DNA from: the human T2T-CHM13v2.0 reference genome, Homo sapiens
Assembly (NCBI RefSeq): GCF_009914755.1
Contig: NC_060934.1
Strand: one strand, 5' to 3'
DNA: 64,000 nt
The notes under the pieces were generated by a model. It worked only from the letters and a program-made list of their open reading frames with translations. It did no database searches and had not been told where the DNA came from. A program made the translations under genes and the position numbers. Shown piece by piece: positions 58,945-64,000 of this stretch (positions are counted from its first letter, which is position 1; each line of letters starts with the position of its first letter).

Positions 58945-59264
58945 CCTGGATGGAGGTGAGGCTGCTGAATGGCACAGGGAGGTGCTCAGGCCGCGTGGAG
59001 GTTCTTGTCCAGGGCACATGGAGGACCGTGTGTTGCGTGACGACCTCTGGAATCTGGCCAAGGCCACTGTCGTGTGCCGCCAGCTACAGTGTGGACGGGC
59101 TGTGGCAGCCCCAACAGGGGCTCACTTCGGGGCAGGCTCTGGGAAAATCCTGCTGGATGACGTGCAGTGTGTGGGGAGCGAGAGCCACCTGGGGCAGTGC
59201 GTGCATGGGGGCCGGGCCAGGCACAACTGTGGGCACCTGGAGGATGCCAGTGTCATCTGTTCAG
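58945..59264 (+). pseudogene. SRCR domain exon 3, frameshifted by a 5-nt insertion (TGCGT, about 59034-59038)
   Basis: ccttcccagtag|CCTGG...TCA G|gtgagg is 320 nt against 315 for its paralogues. The N-half ([29 protein letters not shown]) and C-half (DDLWNLAKATVVCRQLQCG...EDASVICS) fall in different ORFs of the track. Confidence 0.92.
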
Positions 59265-59915
59265 GTGAGGGCTGTCACCTCCCAGGACTTCACTATTGTC
59301 ACAGGCAGCCAACACTAATAGAAACTACTGGACAATACATTATAAATAACCTCATAGATTTTGATCTCTTGATTAGATGCTGATGGTTCTCCAGCCCCCA
59401 CCCGCACCACAGGGGCTGAAGCAGCTTCTATATTGGACATGCTCCCAGATAGGTCTAATCTTTGGGTAGTTTGCTTTGAGTATACTTTTCTTTCTAAAAG
59501 TCGTTTTATTAAGTCATGGTAGAGCTCCTCCAGGGCTAGAGTCCTCTAGTCCTCTTCCACTTCACAGTCGGAGGGACCTGTTCATGACAAGTCTGGAGAT
59601 AAGAATAAACAAATAATGGAGATATTTAGGCAGTGGAATATTTGTTGCATCAAATAAATCCCATTAGAATTTCTCAATGATTTTTTGCCAAGAGTTATTG
59701 TTAGAAAATATCAATTGTTCCCAAATAATTCATGAGCTCTAATCTAATTCATGAAACCCTAGGATTGTCTGCACTGGTGTGAGGCTGTTACCTCTCCTGG
59801 ATGTCACCGCTTCTGTGTCTTTTCAGAAATATTCAACTCATATTCTCGGAAGTCATTTAGCATAATATTGTAATAGCACTGTAAACCATAGCATGTTGAT
59901 TTCTTTGATCATCAG

Positions 59916-59987
59916 GTGCTGGCAATTCATCAGGTCCCACTCCAACCACAGATTCTGAAGCTGCCACGCCATCATACACACCATCAG
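59916..59987 (+). pseudogene. Ser/Thr/Pro-rich exon GAGNSSGPTPTTDSEAATPSYTPS
   Basis: gatttctttgatcatcag| ... TCA G|gttggt, 72 nt, phase 1-1, open. Confidence 0.62.
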
Positions 59988-60757
59988 GTTGGTCCAATCT
60001 TTGCTTGGTTCTTTCGCATTGTAGCTTTTCCTCCATAGAATGTCTCTTTCTTAAGCCAAGATGGCAGGGCCTTTGTACTGCACAACTTCCAGGGCTCCAC
60101 CTTGCTAGAACGCATTGCGCATTGCATCCTCATGCACATGGTCACATGCCATGAGGGAATGGTGGTCCCTGGGGTCATGGAGCTAGGTGGTCCTACATGG
60201 TTGAGTCACTCTAGGGTTAAGATAGTTAACAATCATTCCACATCACAGCACGCCATACAGAGGGGCACAGAGCAGAAGGGAAACAAGTTTCTCATTCATT
60301 CCATCACCTAGATTTCTTAAATAATTCCTGAACTTGCCCAAACTATGCCTGTGCATTGGAAATTTTAGTTGTCTCCAAATGGTTTAGGAGCTCAGTCAAT
60401 TGAAACAAAATAAGTTAGGATTGGATTAATATCCCCCAAGAGATACATATAGTGTTCAGACCAGGTATTAAAAAACTGCTTATAGATTCCCAGATTGGTA
60501 AATATTTGCATCATTATTATGTAGCATCCTCTTAATTTTGAGAATCTGAAAAAAGCAGAAATAAGTGGTTAGAAGAGGATGCAGGAAACAAAAACACATC
60601 GTTCCTCCCTCTGTAGGTATTTGATAGGAGAGCAATGAAGCCCATTCCCTCCAGCACACGATAACATGGACAACAGAACAGAACGATGGTTAGTGAAATT
60701 CCCACGGTGGGGGCCACACACTCACAGTAGTACCTTCTTGGCCCAGACCAGAGCTGA

Positions 60758-61153
<396 letters not shown>

Positions 61154-61925
61154 TGACCAACTGAAAAAAATGAATTACATGATTATTTCTTTTTCTACTC
61201 CAACCCACTTTAAACAACCAGTTTGATGATTTAACCACTTCTGGACAGTCTACTCCCAAACTATTTTAAATGATCACAATAATAGAGAGGGTATTCAATC
61301 GTTTTGATTTACATACATATATAAAGACTATTATGAAAAGTATCAAACTCACTGACAGATGCTGAAAATAGTACAATGAGCCCCAGTGTATCAACTACTG
61401 AGTTTTATGAAATCCTAATATTTGCCCTAATTGTTTGAGATCCTTTTTAAAAAGAAACAACACAATACCTGACTGCTATTTAGGAGTTAATAAGATGAAA
61501 AGAGGTGTCTTAATGCTCCGTGAAAGCCTCACGTGGCTTAGCTACTCAGAGTCCAGATACAGCCACCAAAGATCTAGATGGAAACCAAAACATTCGGCCA
61601 TTTCATTGACTGCCATGTCCATGGATTGCTCCAAAAAGAAAAAGAGGAAACCATCCACAAATGGTTTTGTGGGCACTTCACAAGCTACAGTGTACAAACC
61701 AATGGTGTGTCCTCAAAGTATTAGCACTTTTCATTTCACTGTGGCATCTGATATCTAGTGTTGAATGAGGTGGCAGGAAGGAGATACAGGGGCCACCAGA
61801 ACCCTGATGGGACACCTTTGGAACCAGAAGTTCTCTTTGGGCTTATAGTCAGAAGTTCACACTCCCATGTATAGCCAGGAGGTGTCTAGCAGTGAACAAG
61901 GGCTCTCTTTGTTTTGCATTCACAG

Positions 61926-61985
61926 GTCAAGCACTGTCATTAACTACCACAGAGCCCACTGTGCTTCCCCCAACTCCTCCAACAG
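61926..61985 (+). pseudogene. Thr/Pro-rich exon GQALSLTTTEPTVLPPTPPT
   Basis: ctttgttttgcattcacag| ... ACA G|gtcagt, 60 nt, phase 1-1, open. Confidence 0.7.
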
Positions 61986-62171
61986 GTCAGTTGGCATTTG
62001 TTTTATGGAGAAAGGGAACCATGTGCCCAGCACTGGCCTGGTGCCTTCCCAGAGCTGAAGCCACGCTAAGTGCTAACCATACTCCTGCAAATTCTCCTTG
62101 CCTCTGGAGGAGCTGAGTCAGGAACTGATGCTGCATATTTGACTGTGACCTTCAGGCCATGTGTATTTTCT

Positions 62172-62484
62172 TTTTTTAATTTTTTTTTTTTGAGACGGAG
62201 TCTCGCTCTGTCACCCAGGCTAGAGTGCAGCGGTGTGATCTCGACTCACTGCAAGCTCCGCCTCCCAGGTTCACACCATTCTCCTGCCTCAGCCTCCTGA
62301 GTAGCTGGGACTACAGGCACCTGCCACCACACCCAGCTAATTTTTTTTTTTTTTTTTTGTATTTTTAGTAAAGACTGGGTTTCACCATGTTAGCCAGGTT
62401 GGTGTCGATCTCCTGACCTCATGATCCACCCGCCTCGGCCTCCCAAAGTCCTGGGATTACAGGCGTGAGCCACCACAGCTGGCC
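62172..62484 (-). mobile_element. Alu (AluY/Sc-like)
   Basis: Alu consensus with aggcc(a/g)tgtgtat flanks. Confidence 0.95.
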
Positions 62485-62578
62485 CAGGCCGTGTGTATCT
62501 TCAAACTTTTGTCTTTCTAAAGTTGGTTTTAGGGGATGTCCTAACAATTAGGTCTGCTTCTGTTTGTCCCTGTGACAG

Positions 62579-62650
62579 GTGCTGGGTTATCTGCAACCAT
62601 AGCCACAACAGAGCCTGTGTCCCTGCCATCCACACCCATGCCCCTGGCAG
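62579..62650 (+). pseudogene. Thr/Pro-rich exon GAGLSATIATTEPVSLPSTPMPLA
   Basis: cttctgtttgtccctgtgacag| ... GCA G|gtaagt, 72 nt, phase 1-1, open. Confidence 0.72.
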
Positions 62651-64000
62651 GTAAGTGCTTGGGAAAATGGGGGAAGGAGCTCACACTTATGAAACAACCA
62701 TAATATGATAAGCAAAGAATCAGACGCTGTCACTAGTCTATGCTCAAACCACCTACAAGTGTTACCCTTCCCCCCACCTCACCTCACTGTTTCATAAAAT
62801 GAGACACAGAAAATTTTCCTAGTGTCACCCGACTAGAATGTGGTAGAGCCAAGATTTGGGCACAAATATGTCTGACTCCAAACCCATATGACTCTGCTTA
62901 GCCAGTTACCTTTCATGGTGGGACAGTATTCTCCAAAGCTACCTTTGGGCTAATGGGAAGAGAACATGCTTGCAAGCCTAATTGCTATGTCCCAGGTACA
63001 TCAAGACTATAACTAGGAAATCAGGGAGTCGGCTGCGAGTTGTCACCTACTCTATAGCTTTTAATATAAAATTCCTAATTTATATTTTCCACTGTGATAA
63101 TTAGGCAAGACTTATCCTTTTAGTTTACCTGATACTGTATATCAGGTGTAAACCCAAATCCCAGTTCTTTCCTTCTAGGTGGGCAGGAAACATCTATACA
63201 TCTGCTTTACAAAGAAAGAAAGTTTGTTGTAGCATTCTGACACTTTAAGCCTGGTTCTGCAGTAACTCACATCAGTAGTAACTCAATTTGTCTAGGCCAA
63301 GCCTAATGGTGTGTGTGCATGTCTGTGTTTTGAATAAATACTATGGTGGAAGTTTAAGGCTGTGTAGATGTACTAAGCTAGCCTTACAGTCATTCTGCTA
63401 CCTCCTCAAAAAACACTACACAGCAGGCAGAGGTCTCTCCTCTGTTTCAGGCCTTCACTTGGGCCACTTTTTGACATTCTGGGCCCCTAGGAACTTTTGC
63501 CTTCAGGGACCCCTACCTCCGTTAAAAAAAAAGTATATTTATATACACACAGATATGTATGTGTATCTTCTATTTTATGGTTGTGTTGGTATAAAGACTA
63601 TATTGTAGTCATTTCTTCTGATTTTAAAACAAATGAAGGCAGGTTTGGGAGCCCTTAAAAGTCAGGTGGACCCCAGTCACTGTGCCTGCCACATCTGATT
63701 GAGGCATCTGTCCTGCTCTTCTGTGTTCTTCCAAGTAATGAACACGTGCAGACCCGCTAGACTCCAGCACCACAAGGACATTTCGGGAGGAAGAACACGA
63801 TGCATTTCCCCTGATTTGAGACTGCTTCAAATCAGGGTGTGGGGGAGGATTCTGATTTATTTCATAACCTCCTCGGGGTAGAACCGATGGACTGTGGTAA
63901 GAGCTGTCCTAACCTTATGCCCTCCTTAGGGCTAAGCCATAGGCAGTCTGCCCTGTCGATAGTGCTGCACAGAGAGCTGGCCCCATTTTCAGACACAGGT

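Noticed and set aside
63179-63221. Good acceptor followed by GGQETSIHLL
   Set aside because: No in-phase GT donor found.

Overview
Human/primate genomic DNA (Alu, L1, MIR, MLT and MER repeats). I recognise it as 10q26.13 because it contains the 3-exon testis gene C10orf120 on the - strand (CDS 8834-8659, 8456-8381, 7531-6776; 335 aa). From about 30.2 kb to the window end, the + strand carries the 5' half of a DMBT1-like scavenger-receptor (group B SRCR) gene that I rebuilt by hand. It has a CCAAT/TATA promoter, a signal-peptide exon (ATG 30348), three SRCR exons (38472-38786, 43389-43703, 58945-59264) and a dozen or more phase 1-1 micro-exons or Ser/Thr/Pro-rich exons. It carries at least two disabling lesions: a TAA in a 33-nt micro-exon and a 5-nt frameshift in SRCR3. 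By recalled synteny this is probably the upstream part of the DMBT1L1 (DMBT1P1) pseudogene locus. Between the two genes lie an old, intronless NAP1L-type retrocopy interrupted by an MLT1 LTR and a MER5 element, a ~450-bp inverted duplication and a decayed hAT transposase fragment. Repeat subfamily calls are by eye, and no transcript or database evidence was available.
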